A DNA stretch of 64,000 bases from Microthyrium microscopicum. Its lineage: Eukaryota. How positions within the stretch are numbered: the first letter of the stretch is position 1; the number at the start of each line of letters is the position of its first letter. The notes below the pieces were generated by a model, which saw only the letters and a program-made list of their open reading frames with translations, was not told the origin of the DNA and did no database searches. The position numbers and the translations under genes were made by a program. This document shows positions 50,234-62,782 of the stretch, one piece after another. The DNA lies in the NCBI GenBank assembly GCA_010405405.1, contig MU004232.1:2611038-2675037 (forward strand), written 5' to 3'.

Positions 50234-51678
50234 CTATACAACGACCCTTCTCAGCACATCTGTGCCGCCTAATATCTTGCGTCCTGTGACGGCGTCGCGA
50301 CCTGCTCCACTCTCCCAGCGGCCTTCACGACTTCGTCCGCCGTCTTCTTCTTCACCCCAGCCTTCTTCGCCGCCTGGATTGCCTTCCATGAAAGCTATTT
50401 GGCGGTCATGTTGGCCATCGACCCATTTGTGGATGCAGACGTAGCAGTAGACGTAGCCGTAGGGTGATGCGGTGGGGTTGGTGATTTCGGAGGAGCAGAT
50501 AGGGCATAGACCGGATGTTTCGGGTGTGGGTGCTGGGACGGTATAGATGGGGAGGAGGGAGGAGCCTGATATTGGTGGTTGGGATTGTGGTTGTGTACCA
50601 GATTTCTTGGATGGATCGGTGGTGGTCTTTTCGGATGCGGTGCTAGATTTGTCGGTCTTCTCGGCCGGCGGAGGCGTTGGGAGGAGCCCGGCTACGACAG
50701 GTGGAGGGAGTTCGAGGCCTTCGTTTGCTTTGCGTGACAATTGACGCGCGAAATCAGAGGCGTGCCACCATTCGAGGAACTTGAGCGCGAAGATAGAGGT
50801 TGGCAGTAGGATTTTAAGAGAGGTTGCCAGGCGTGGCCCGATAACGTGTGTGACAATCCTTCTGCTAAATATCGAGTTGCTTTGTCCAGGCCTCGCAGCG
50901 GCTGCTGGTCGTGGTTGTGTCGCTAGCGCAATGGCCTTGTGGTCTGCGTCGCCTAGACGTCGCATTCGTGTACCTATTAACCACATGAATGGCGAGTGGA
51001 ACTTCGAGCTGTCGAACAGATATGCGAGGTTGAATGTAAGAAGCGCGAAGTAGTATGCCGCGTTCACGCTTGGATAAACCTTCCGTAAGAACCACTTGTA
51101 GTAGTACATAAATCGATCCTTTAACTTTGCGTTTGGTGGTAATGTGTCCTGTCGATTCGCGAAGCCTCCGCCTAGGACTGCGGCGTGCGCAGCATATATG
51201 TCGTAGTGCTCATCCAACTTTCGCTTGAGATATGGCAGGCCGACCATAACAGCCAAGTTCTTCCATACATCTGAAGTTCGAAGTTTCAGTGTCTCGCGCA
51301 CTTGGCTTGCCGCTCCGAGCTGAGAGCGTGGTATTTCGCCTCCGCGCACCCGCAGGACGCGCTCTCGATTGAGTCCGTAGAAGTTTTCGGTGAAGCTGCC
51401 ACCATATGTTCGGAGGTAGTAACGCTCGACGAGGAGCATGAGGAAGGCATAGAGCTCATCGAAGTTATTGAGGATGCGGAGAAGATATCGAGGATGTCGG
51501 TGGGTCGCGACGGCTAATAGGTATCGCAATGAAGGAGGAAGTAGGGAGCCCAGCTGTTGCTCTGATAGAATCTCTGATATCTGTTAGAACGGAGGCTGAC
51601 ACCTGATTATCTCGACATACCAAATAACGATGGCTTGAGCTCGTCAAGCCCGCTTTGGAGGTTGGTCATGAACTCCAT
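50234..51678 (-). CDS. PEX12: Peroxin Pex12 (degenerate RING peroxin)
   Basis: [54 protein letters not shown]; one 5' intron. Confidence 0.94.
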
Positions 51679-52042
51679 GATGCAGTGAGAGGAGGAGAAC
51701 CCTACGCTCCTTATAGTGCCAAGAGAATTGTAAAATCAGACGCGATAGAGTGAACAGGAAATCGAACAGAGTGATTAGAAGTTGAAGGTGGCAGGCAAAG
51801 AGATTCGCGGATGTTGGACCGAGGGAGACACACGATGGCTTGTGATTGGTCCACACCCAATCGCGTGAATGAGCGCGAGAAAATATTTGACACGTTCTCT
51901 CTGCAACTGTTTACTGTTGTTGAATGATCTCTTTAAATTCAAAGTAGAGTAAATCCGTAATATCGTTACGAACAAAACCAGAACCTCCGCCCGCTATGCA
52001 ATGAAGGACCAGTACCCACCGCTATTATTATATGCCAACCTT

Positions 52043-54522
52043 TCACAACCACGTCGTATCGACATTGGGAATCCCAGACACCGGTCTCGAGATCTCATAC
52101 GATAGCACCGTGTAGTCTTCATACGTGAGCATCAGTCTCCAACGCCTCACCACACCCGATTCCTCTTTACCCAAACTGCCTGGCATCGGGCTCACAGCCA
52201 GGCCCATCAAAGTGTAACCTGGCCGTTGACCTTGATCCTCCTCTTCTTCCGTTGGAAGTATCCAATCCACGCGGTAGAAATAGTACGGCCCACCGGTTTT
52301 CGACTCGCCTTGCAAAAGACTCATGACTGCACACCGACCATAAGGCGAGGCCACAACAAGCACACCCAGCTCAGGGATGAACGCGTGTAGGGACATGCGC
52401 TGGATGCGATTTGTCCACCACGTGACATGGAAGTATTTGTGGAAGGTATTGTAGATAGCCTGCCGTAGCGGGTGACGCATTACAACTGCTGTTCCCTTTC
52501 CATTACGCGTAGTACGCGGTTGGTGAAAGGCAATCTGTTTGCTGGAAATCCACATAAAAGGGCAGCTCGGCAGCGATGGATTACCGTTGATGCTGAAATC
52601 CCACACAAAGCGGCGTCGAGCTGGCTTTTGAGGGCGCATGTCGTTGCTGGTGTTGCTGTAGATACTACCGGTATCGCTGTCTGAATCGCTATCCTGTGTG
52701 GCGAAGCTGGGGAGAGTGACGTTGTACTTAGGCGCGTCTGGATTAGAGACATGGAAATCTCGAGTCGCGTTTGGAACGGCGTCGATTTCTTTGCTGACAT
52801 CGTAGACCTCTTCTTGACCTGGCTTACGCGGCGCAAAACCGTACTTCATGAAAGCTTTCTTATCCAGGAAATACAGACCCCAAACTGCATGGGCGAATCT
52901 ACCGTCCTCTAGACACGTACAGCCTTCCCACTGCGAGTGAGAGTCGCAGAAGTGAGCCGTCCATCGCTCGAAGCTGAGATTATTCAGATCCCAGATGATG
53001 GTTTTTCCGGTTATATCTCCAACTGCCAAGATCCGGCCTTCCGGATCATCGGATGTATTGCAGAACGTCACGCAGGGTATGTTGTTGCCAGTATCTGGCA
53101 GCCTGAACTTGTAATTGATCATGCGTGTTGACCACTTGGAGGATTTCTCAAGTTCTTCAAGTCTTGTTTGTGCAGGTGGCATGCGCCAAAAGCTCTGCTG
53201 TTCAGTCCTCTTCGAGTTCTCAAGCATAGTGGGCAACGGATCTCCCTCTGGCTGTATGAGAGCAGGTTGAAATATAAACACTTGGTGACTATTGGCGCTG
53301 ACAGCAATTTTCCTCGCTTGTCGATGGACGCTCAACCCCCAGGCACTGACGCCAACCGAATCTGCAAAGTCCGCATCGTCTGGATAGTAATCAATACCTG
53401 TATCAGGATTGGTTTCGATAAACTGCTCGATCTTCCGAATGAAGTAAAATGACACACTGCCGCAATCTGTGCATAACAATAGAATTTCATCGTTACCCAG
53501 GAATTCGGTAATCATGTGGTTGATATCATCAGGTCTGCGACGGTCCATGTAGCCGCTCCGATTGGAGCCTGTTGGTGGAGTTATGTAAGTGGATGGCTCC
53601 GTACCAAGTACTGGAGCTGGGAACTCCGGTCTATAGACAAAGATGTCGCTTCCATGCGCAATAAAGTACAAGTTGTACACTTTGGAAAGCGCTGTCTGAT
53701 AAAACAAGTTAGATAATCGTGTTTTCAGGCATCAATGGATGGGCAAAACAATCAGCGTGCTATCATTCCACGATGGCTATCATGTCACGATTTACTGTCG
53801 AGTGCTCTGTTCGCCATAGAGGCCATTGAGGTCTTCCCACTTCATCGTATAGCATGAAAAACATGATAACTTTGTCGTTGGATAGTAGCATCGGTGTTCA
53901 TAGGAGCGTGACGTTGCTTTCATTTCCGTTGATAGACCTTTTCTTCGTCCACAAGCTGATGCTCGTATCATGATCACAGTTAAACTTACCAGATTACTTC
54001 TTCCCAAAGCAAAATACGGAGCATCTGGCTCCCTATAGAAACGTTAGCCACCTCCATCGGGCATGGATACCTCGAAAGTTAGAGCTACCTCAGATCGAAC
54101 TATAATCAGTGTTAGTCTATTGCATGATGCGATCTGGGGTGAACAATCTCCCAGCGGATGAGCAAAATAACTGGCGCGCTCCTGATAGCTGTCAATTTTT
54201 CTACCTCTTTCGAGCCCTCTGTTTCAACCAAGACGGACAGCTCGTTGACGTCTTGTCCGACGTGGAGGAGGACATCACGTCTTCTCCTTCAACAGCGTGA
54301 TGATGACCATGAAGTTTCGTGGAAGCGATGCCATTATTTTGCCCATCCATTGAATCCTTCAATTTGAACATTCAAAACAAGATTTACACGTACCCTATTC
54401 TCTCCATTTTCGATCCCCAGCGACTTGATCGTCACTTCTTTCGCCCTCGGAGGCAGCTTCGTCGATGCGCCAGGTGAGCCATGATGAGAATCTATCGGTG
54501 GTGGCTTCCAGCGTGAATGCAT
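52043..54522 (-). CDS. CRT10-like protein; predicted exons 54522-54394, 54099-54089, 54032-53990, 53695-52043
   Basis: Spliced RSNL|TALSKVYNLYFIA, INHMITEFLGNDEILL, SAWGLSVH, HAFIPELGVLVVASP.GR, WRLMLTY.D.TVLSYEI resemble the Crt10 family; predicted junction phases are consistent. Confidence 0.8.
53696..54393. repeat. Imperfect inverted repeat formed by two 294-nt introns of the CRT10-like gene
   Basis: 53732-53752 vs revcomp of 54333-54353 match at 20/21 nt; 53766-53773 vs 54317-54324 match at 8/8; further collinear patches. Confidence 0.85.
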
Positions 54523-54966
54523 CCAGTTAGGGTGAAGATAACGCCAACTGGCGAGGATGCGCAAGATAATGATGGAATTGTAAAAGCATCAGATCGTACG
54601 CAAACAAAAGGCAAGGCTGTAGATAGAAGTTGATGTCTTCAGTGCAGTCGCTCGATCAGGAAGTTAGTACATTCTAGACTGCATCACGTGACTAAGAAAT
54701 GAGTCAATTGAATCGCGTTGGAATACAGAGACGAGTGCAGTTTGAATGGAAAAGTTTTTGGTGATTCGGATTGGAAATATGATTTCGAAGGATTTCTGAG
54801 GGAAAGTCTGGGAACAATTGTGGTTGGTATCGTGTAGCTAAGCGCCTGTCAAGACATCCTGTTCAATAGAAAACCAAAGCTTGTGGCCGGAATTCAATTG
54901 TTTGAAGTTTGAATGCTTTAATAGCTTGACACTTAGGACTAATAATACATTGACTGATCGCTACAG

Positions 54967-57419
54967 CTATTTTGACAAGGAGCTCATAACGGCAAACATA
55001 AATTCCTCCAAGCCACCGAGCCCATGAGCTCCCATCCACTGCAAAATATGTCTGCGATAATCCACCCACGAGACATCTGCACCGCCTTCATTCTGTAGAA
55101 GGAATAGACTCCGCAACGTGACCGGGCCTTGGTGCATAACCTTTGTCGACTCCGTAAGCCTTGATTGCTCAAGGCCATCGAACCCCGTAGCCGCCAGCGC
55201 GGACATAAGCGGATTATGCGAAAACATGAACATGGACGGCAGACTGTAATCTCTATTTACAGTGGGCAAGTAGAGTTGCAATGCGTCGATCGTGGAGTCT
55301 GGGCATAGACAGCCAACGCCATTTTTGTCTTCTTTTTTAAAGGCTCTCGAGCGGTAGAAGAGATTGGTGCTGTCGATTATGTAGTGGTTCGCAGTCGGTA
55401 TGAAAGAGGGCGGTAAGGTTTGGGAGTTGTTCTTGCGGATTTGGGTGGTCACAGCGTAATACTGCTTGAGAACGCCGCAGAGGCGCGAGATTGATGAGAG
55501 GGAAGAGGATAGGAGTAGGTTGTAGAATGTGAGATGCTCAGGTAGATTCAGAGGAAGCTTTATCGCTTGATTGCTCAGGACTATTTCGAGAGTGGAAGTG
55601 GACACTTTTTCGAGATAGGTGACGATTGAGGAGGAGGCAGATTCTGATGTCGCTAGAGCGGACAGCATGAGGACTGAGATGTGGGACAGGAGTTCCTCCA
55701 AATGATGGCAAAGGGCTTGAACTAGTTGAGGACTTTGCCTGGAGTGAGTAGAGATTGCTTCAATCCAGCGTTGAACGAGCTTTCCGTAAAAATCGAAGAG
55801 CGCTTCAAATGGCGAGGTAGCACCGCCTAATATGCTCTGTTCTAACGGAGAAAGCATTGTTGAATATATGTCTGACAAACAAATCAATACCATTCCCATG
55901 TCTGTTCAAAAAGAAAATACCTGAGAATTTCCGAGGTGGTAAGTAAGTAAGAAGTTCCAGCACTGGTCCAACATACGCATTACCATCCCATTTCGGAAGA
56001 TAAGTTGCAAAGAAGCTCTCCACAGTCGGGTGTAATTCCTATATCAAATTAGTCTCACTGAGTGCGTTCGAGAGAGTGACGTGTACCTTGATAGTTTCCG
56101 TATAAGACACCAAACCTGACAATATCTCGCCCAGAGAGGTTGACAACGTGAATCCCTCGTTAGCCAATTCGATCTCTTCTTCAAAATATCGTTGAAGCCA
56201 AAAGTCGAGCCGACGCCTAGAATCAGTTGACGGCCGAAGCATCAGGTACTTTCGCAAGAGTGGATCGCGTAAGCCAGCGACCAGCTGGGATGGGAGTTCA
56301 ATCTGGTCCAGATACTCTACGAAATCCTTGACAGAATTGATTTCTTCAAGGGTGACAGATTCCTAGCAAGGTCAGCGATTGTTTCAAAGTCACTCATGAT
56401 TTGACTACCTCTGTGGCAAAGAACGACTGGACTTCAGGAATGGCTCTAGACTTGACCTTTCCGTTTCCATTTCTGGCTACTTTGAAAGTATTTGCAGTTG
56501 TGTTACCGCCCATAGCCATTTGAGAGTTTGCTTCTTGCAATAGAAGCATTCGTTTTCGCCATTCTGAATCAAATGGCTGTGAGGAAGTTAGAAATCTGCA
56601 GCATACTGATCTCAACATTTACTTACAGAGGAGGCACCTCTTCCACCCTGGGCTGGTGGGACTATGATGTCCGGACAAAAGTTCTTGTAAACACGAAATA
56701 GGTTCACCAGAGCATATTCGCCACCAGATTGATTACACAGTTGCATCCTATATTACCCATGTCAGCCTCATGTTGGTTTGTGAGTCAGAACTTGACGTTA
56801 CAATTTTGCAATCCGAAATGGTCGAACATGCTTACGCCGAGTGATGATTCCTAAAAGTTGACATATTGGCGCCCTGAATTAACATCGCGTTAGATTAGTC
56901 TTGCTAAGAAGAAATTGCGATATTAACTTACCGAAGACTAATCATGTCCAGAAGGTTGAAAAGCACTCCATACAGGCGAATTAGGAAGCTAGGGTCCTCA
57001 AGCACTTCATGCACGGCAGTAACCCAACGTACAATGCCGGCTTGGCTGGCAGGAGAAGGTTTCTGAGAGCCTTGACCAAGAGCGCCGATGGCGGTGAGAA
57101 TAACATCAGACGGAACCTTCTCTGCAGGCACCAAATTTCGTATCAGCGTCGTGCAGCTGGTTTGGTCTAATTCTGTTTTGGTTGCCACAAGCTTGATGAT
57201 ACGTCGTTGCTCAGACGCCCGTAGACCGGAGTTGAATCCGTATTCGGTTATTTCCTCGATATATGGAGCCAAGTTTCTAGTCCTTGATCGCGATGGGACA
57301 TTGCAGGCTGTTTTCTAGTCAGTTGATGTAGTCGATGTGCAAGCGGCTCACACAACAGTTGACATACAGGATTCCACGACCTCTAATGCAACCAGGATTT
57401 CATCCAAGTCCTCGGCCAT
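54967..57419 (-). CDS. Centromere protein I / Mis6 (Ctf3) homologue, multi-exon
   Basis: LDQTSCTTLIRNLVP, GALGQGSQKPS, LYGVLFNLLDMISLR..ITRRKHVRPFR, VTLEEINSVKDFVEYLD.IELPSQL. Confidence 0.85.
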
Positions 57420-60122
57420 CCCGATATTATGGTAAGGATGGAAGGTTTGAAAAGAGGCGCCCTTGATTTTGCTGTAATTTCTTGTATTTTCCGGCTGGCA
57501 GATAGATTTGGAATTCAGATGCGTGTAACGATGGGAGGCTGCCTAATCCGCGAACGCGCGATGTACATACGGCCCATCAGTGCATTTGTGGAGGAGAAAC
57601 GCGTTGCATTTGCTTTAGAGCCTGAAAAATGTTGATGATTGGGCAGCTCAAGAGGTAGTAGGGAAATCCCGGCAACACGGTGAATGTTGTACAACCGTTT
57701 GGAAGGTGAAGTTGGGGGCGTTGACGCGCTGGGAACATCGAAGCGAGGTTGCTAAACCCACCACTACGGTAATAATAAACATTTTTTTGGTTGGTTTGTA
57801 CAACTCTTTGTACGACTCTACCTGGACTTCATTCGACAATTTTATCCATAAAAATGAAAACCAAGAATTCGAATCGATCTGGTTCTGTTGGTATCTGATT
57901 CGGGGGCAGTCCTGTTTTCCGGTTATCAGACGACTTCAACTTCCTGTTCAGCATCGATTTTTGAGTAGTTTAAAATCATGAGATGAAAATGCTTCTATAC
58001 GAATGAAGAACCTGACAAAACTTTTCTATGGTTGTAGCTTGTCTATGAACATTGACTTTATTCCACATCTGGAATCCTGGTAGCGATAGCATAAGATTTG
58101 ATTCTTGAAGCACCTACAACAGCATCGTCACACTCACAATTCATCCTCCAAATTTTCATTGGCCACCTCTTGTGCAACCAATGCAGGTATCTAGCGGTTA
58201 AGCAACTTCAAACGTCACTCAATATTGGTCTACGACGACAGCATCCTCAGGATTTCCTATCTACGCCCTCAAGGGGGGTCTCAGACTCTCAGCTCCTCTT
58301 CTCTTCTGGCGCACTGTTCGTCTGTCTGCTGTGTAACAAGAAGCCTGGTTAAAAATTCGGGCGCCCGGCGCGCTAACCGACAGAAAATGTTCTCAATAAG
58401 ATGGCTGCTGGTTATGATGAGCTTCCGCGGCATCTGATATGATGCGCTGTCCACGGTACCTGCCTGTCGATATCTGTTCAAACATTGACGCACGGCTGCT
58501 CAGGCAGACATTCCACGATCTACCATCGGACAGCATTGCCCAATATTCGACAAGTTGCTAGCTCATGGAACCAAGAAGGACTTTGCAAGCAGACTGGCGA
58601 CAGGTCTCGGTAAAAAAAGAGAACATGGAGACAGTACACCCCAGGGGCTTTTGTTGTTACACAAGTAGCAGTATTATTGGAAACCATTGAGTATCCTGAG
58701 GATCGCTGGCAAGTATTGACATTATGGGATATCCCAAACTCCCCACGCAGAATGAATTACACTGCACAGGCGAGATTGTCCGGTTCCGGTAAAAGACCGA
58801 GCTGCATTTCAAACCAGAAGAGGGCTTTCACATTTCTGTGTAACTCGAAGAAAGACTTTACCTTCCTCTTACTGGTTGAATACCGTCAGATTCCTGGCTC
58901 AACGTTGTGCCCGCGTCGTAATAGGCCTTGGGCAAACCACGACTCGATATTGCTGTACTACCCCAAAAATATTTTCTTGTATAACCTGAGGTTAGTCAAA
59001 TCATCAAATGTCAAGCTGATGTGCATAAATAAAATGCTGTCGGCAAACAACCGGTACCAGCTTATGTAGAAGCTAAAGAAAGGACATAAAGCGAGCTTGA
59101 GTTCCTGCGCTTTGGTTCTTGTCCTACATGATCATTATGCATCGATATCAACCAAGCATTTTATAGTTCTTTTTTATGCGAACTGACGAGCAAAAAATAC
59201 ATCATGCACAGTTACCTATAATTTCTCTTTCGCCGTTACATATTTATCCTTTACACCTGCTTTGAACCAGGATCTAGATTTCTCGTCAATTCATTCCTTC
59301 CGGGGACAGGTTCCTCGTGGCAAGCTCAACATTCCCAGGGCCTTCTGTCAAGGGTTCCCTACCTGTTACCACCACTCGACAAGATAACTGGCACATGCAC
59401 CATCCCATCGGTTTCGGTGGTTGTTGTTGTTGAATCTGTAAGTTCAAGTGCTTCTTCTCTCACCGAATATGTTTATTGCTATTCCAGTTCACCAAGAAAT
59501 GGTGGGAGAAAGAAATACGCTTTCTGTAGAAACAGTCGATGGTAACCATTGTCGTTGAAAGGAAGCATGGCAATCATGTTGTCTACCCGTTTGGGGTCAC
59601 CATTGCTTCGGATGGTCCCTGTTTCTCTAACCGTTTGCTTTTTCTGATTGGTCACACAGTCATAATTATCTCATCCTCCGTGTTACTTTTAATTCCTTTT
59701 CGCCTTCCTGGTAGGGATACGAAGCGAAGAGCCGCCTTATTGAGCCACGCTTCGATACGCGGCCTGCTCGTGAAAGACGCAAATACGATATACATTACTG
59801 TACTGGTTCTCGCATATCAGAGCCTCTCCTTTCATATCAAATCGTTTGGTACACAACAGTCTGACTAGCGCTTATCTGACCGCCTTTCAAATCAAGTTTC
59901 TCGTCGAGCTGGGTCCAAGGTTGTTTTGAAGATATTGTCGAGTCAGGATATTACCTCGTGGAACACTAGCATCGGCCCGCCTGAAGTAGTCCGCTGGTCT
60001 GCTACCGAGCGTAGGGTACTGGTACATTAAAAGCCCCTGGTAGATCCGATATTTGGATCCCATCAGGTACCCCATTTGTTTTCGACAAGGCTGAAAAAAC
60101 TACACACCAAGCAAATCCGACC

Positions 60123-60680
60123 ATGGGAGAACAAAAATTCCAAGCGGCCGCATCTAATGCAAGTCGGGTTAACATCAACAATCTGCTCAACGACTTGACG
60201 TTGTCATCAAATCCATTGGAAGATGTAGAGGAGGATGAGTATATTCTACTCCTGACGCCATATCTACACGCGCCGCCTCCGCATATGGCGTCTTCTTCGG
60301 AACCAATGGATCCTTTCGAACCATTTGGACGAGAACTCAGCAAGTACCACGCAAACCTACGGCATGTCCCGTACATTGCCCGGAATGGGATGCAAGAAAT
60401 ACACGAGCAACAGATGGATCACGCCGGCGGAGTGATAGTCGTCATCTGCGAGCCGCCGCCAATGCAAGGTGTATCAAGCAGCCAACGGCTTGACTTGTCG
60501 AAACATCAAGAGCGCTTTGCTGGAGCTGTGGGTCGATATCTCAAAGACTCAGACACGCCTAGCATATTGTTGACCATTGAACACGACGGAACGAAAGAAG
60601 CCAAACGATTTGACGAGGTTTTGCAATTAGATGATTGGGACGAGCTGGAGGATTGCGCAGACCGGATATATGACCGTTGA
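60123..60680 (+). CDS. Hypothetical alpha/beta protein resembling the post-GH3 domain of fungal NagZ/Ngs1-type proteins
   Basis: ILLLTP..DPFEPFGRELSKYH..HVPY..NG..IHE....AGGVIVVI; family similarity recalled, not searched. Confidence 0.7.
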   Translation: MGEQKFQAAASNASRVNINNLLNDLTLSSNPLEDVEEDEYILLLTPYLHAPPPHMASSSEPMDPFEPFGRELSKYHANLRHVPYIARNGMQEIHEQQMDHAGGVIVVICEPPPMQGVSSSQRLDLSKHQERFAGAVGRYLKDSDTPSILLTIEHDGTKEAKRFDEVLQLDDWDELEDCADRIYDR

Positions 60681-61029
60681 TGTCGATTGAGATGCGTGGT
60701 TCTTGGTGTACATGGTCGTTGACAACAAAGCGTTGGAGTTCTTGGGTAATATCCTCTTCGAAAGTCGCCCGGCTTGATACTCTTGTACATATGAATGAGT
60801 ATCATGATCCTGATTAAGCATTTCTGCTCTTCAAAGTTTTCAATGCTTTTTTCGGCATCAAGTCTTTCATGTGATCTCCGGTGACAGTGGACGTTGAAAG
60901 GAATCCTGCCAAATCCCGAAGTATCGTTGCAAGGGTTCCCTCAAAGGGTCCCTATCGGCTTCCACGAGGTCTGACCAGATTCATGTCCCCTTCTAGGGTG
61001 CGCCGTTTCAAAAACGGAGATCATTCCGT

Positions 61030-61685
61030 TCATACCTTGCCATCTTCCTCATCCACTGCCTTTGATGCGTCTGACCCGCTCCCATGCTCTCTGATATGTT
61101 TCAGCCTCTCACTCAATACCTCGCTGCTCTTTTGCTCTGGGATCTTTTGCTCGTCGTCATCCACCTCGTCTTCGTCAGCCTTGCCTTCCTCAAGAGCCCG
61201 GTACTTCCGGCGTGACTTTTTGGCCTTGCTGGCCTTTTTCCGCGCGGCCTCTCGTTCTTTTAGGGCGCTCCGGCTTTGCGTGCCGTTGATCTGGTCATCG
61301 AGCCGAGCTTCCAGGAGCCGGCGCGCGAGTTTGCGGTTCTGGTCGCGGGAGCGCGTCTCTTGGCATTTGACGACTATGTTAGTTGGGATATGACGGAGTT
61401 GGACGGCGGAGCTAGTTTTGTTCTGTAGAGAGATGTATGCATTAGCTGAATGTGCATTTAATGTGCTATATAGGGGGACTTCGGACCACTTACAATTTTC
61501 TGCCCTCCTGGTCCACTGCCTCTTAGAAAGACTTCTTCGATATCTGTCTCCGGTATCTGAATGCGCGGAGGGAGTTGCTTCGCTGCTAATACAGCAGACG
61601 CGCTGAAGGACCGCGTCGAATGAGCAAAGACAGGAGGCAGTGGACCTGAGCAACGTCTAGCGACATATCTTATAGAATTCATCAT
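61030..61685 (-). CDS. Mitochondrial GGQ release-factor homologue (C12orf65/MTRFR/Pth3-like)
   Basis: Presequence; EEVFLRGSGPGGQKI|NKTSSAVQLRHIPTNIVVKCQETRSRDQNRKLAR; basic tail; intron ~61492-61424. Confidence 0.92.
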
Positions 61686-61994
61686 AAGTCATAGCGACTT
61701 TTGAGTAGCCAATTGAGTCAAATTGTAATCGTATGTAGGTAACATGTACAACTTCGTTGCGTCAAAAAAGGTACAACAAATTTCCCATAAATTCGGCAAT
61801 GAGCACAGACCAATTTGCCGCAACTACCTCATGCAACTCCTGAGTGCCATCCCATCAATTCCCATCAACCAACTTCCACAATCTACAGTACAACAACACT
61901 AACAATTCCACTCGTTCCTCCACCAAACACCACACCCTAGATCTCCAGCATTCCCATCCATCTGTCCCGTCCCACCGCCAAACCCATCCCAACA

Positions 61995-62382
61995 ATGTCG
62001 ACAAACACCCTCGAAACCTCCACCCCAATCGCCATGCTAAACCCAACAACCATCACCCTCCTCCTAATCTCCCTCGCCCTCCTACCCGCCTTCTTCGTAA
62101 AGTCCGATCCGCTCGTCGCATGGCTAAAGCGCAAACGCTATCAATATGAAGTCACAGTGCCGCTGTACATGTTGACGCCGACGGAACAATTCATCTTCAG
62201 TGCGTATATTTCTCCAACGACGGAACAAGGGAAGTGGAATAAGCTAATCTGGTGTTTTTACTTTAGATTCGCTGCTATTTCTGTGTCTGGCGATCATGTT
62301 TATTGCGGCTGGGCTATATCTGCCTGACCACATTATGAAGATATCGGGCCGAGTATACTATTACGTTAATGGGGATTCATGA
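61995..62382 (+). CDS. Serine palmitoyltransferase small-subunit-like protein
   Basis: WLKRKRYQYEVTVPLYMLTPTEQFIF|NSLLFL..LYLPDH; intron ~62200-62267. Confidence 0.85.
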
Positions 62383-62782
62383 TTGCGATGCGGGAGAGTG
62401 GTTTTGGAGAGCGAGTTCTTGGTTGTATTAATGGATTAATTGCATCATACGGCGTTGGACGGTGCTGGGGCTGGATATAGGAATCAAAGATGTATAATAC
62501 TTGCAGCATCAATGGAACGCACAGCGCATAGAAGAAACAATCAATCAGCGAAACTTGAACCACAGGAATACCAGACAAATGCAATGCACATATGGTTTGA
62601 ATTATTTGCTAAAAGCAGAGGCTATCGTGACATTCATAATCAGATATTATCCTTTTAAACCGAGGTATATCTTGAAAACGCCGCTCATACAGAGCATATC
62701 AAACAGAAAACAAAGGTGAAGTCCGTCCTCTCGATGGGTATCACGCGCTAGGAATTGTCGACTTCTTTAACATCTGGAATCT

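Noticed and set aside
50280..50305. Pex12 has GRDAVTG where a Cys is common
   Set aside because: The Pex12 RING is degenerate and the CxxC...CxxC set is intact; probably a tolerated substitution
58098..59069. Cys-containing short ORFs as a zinc-finger gene or transposon remnant
   Set aside because: No recognisable domain, terminal repeats or consistent reading frame
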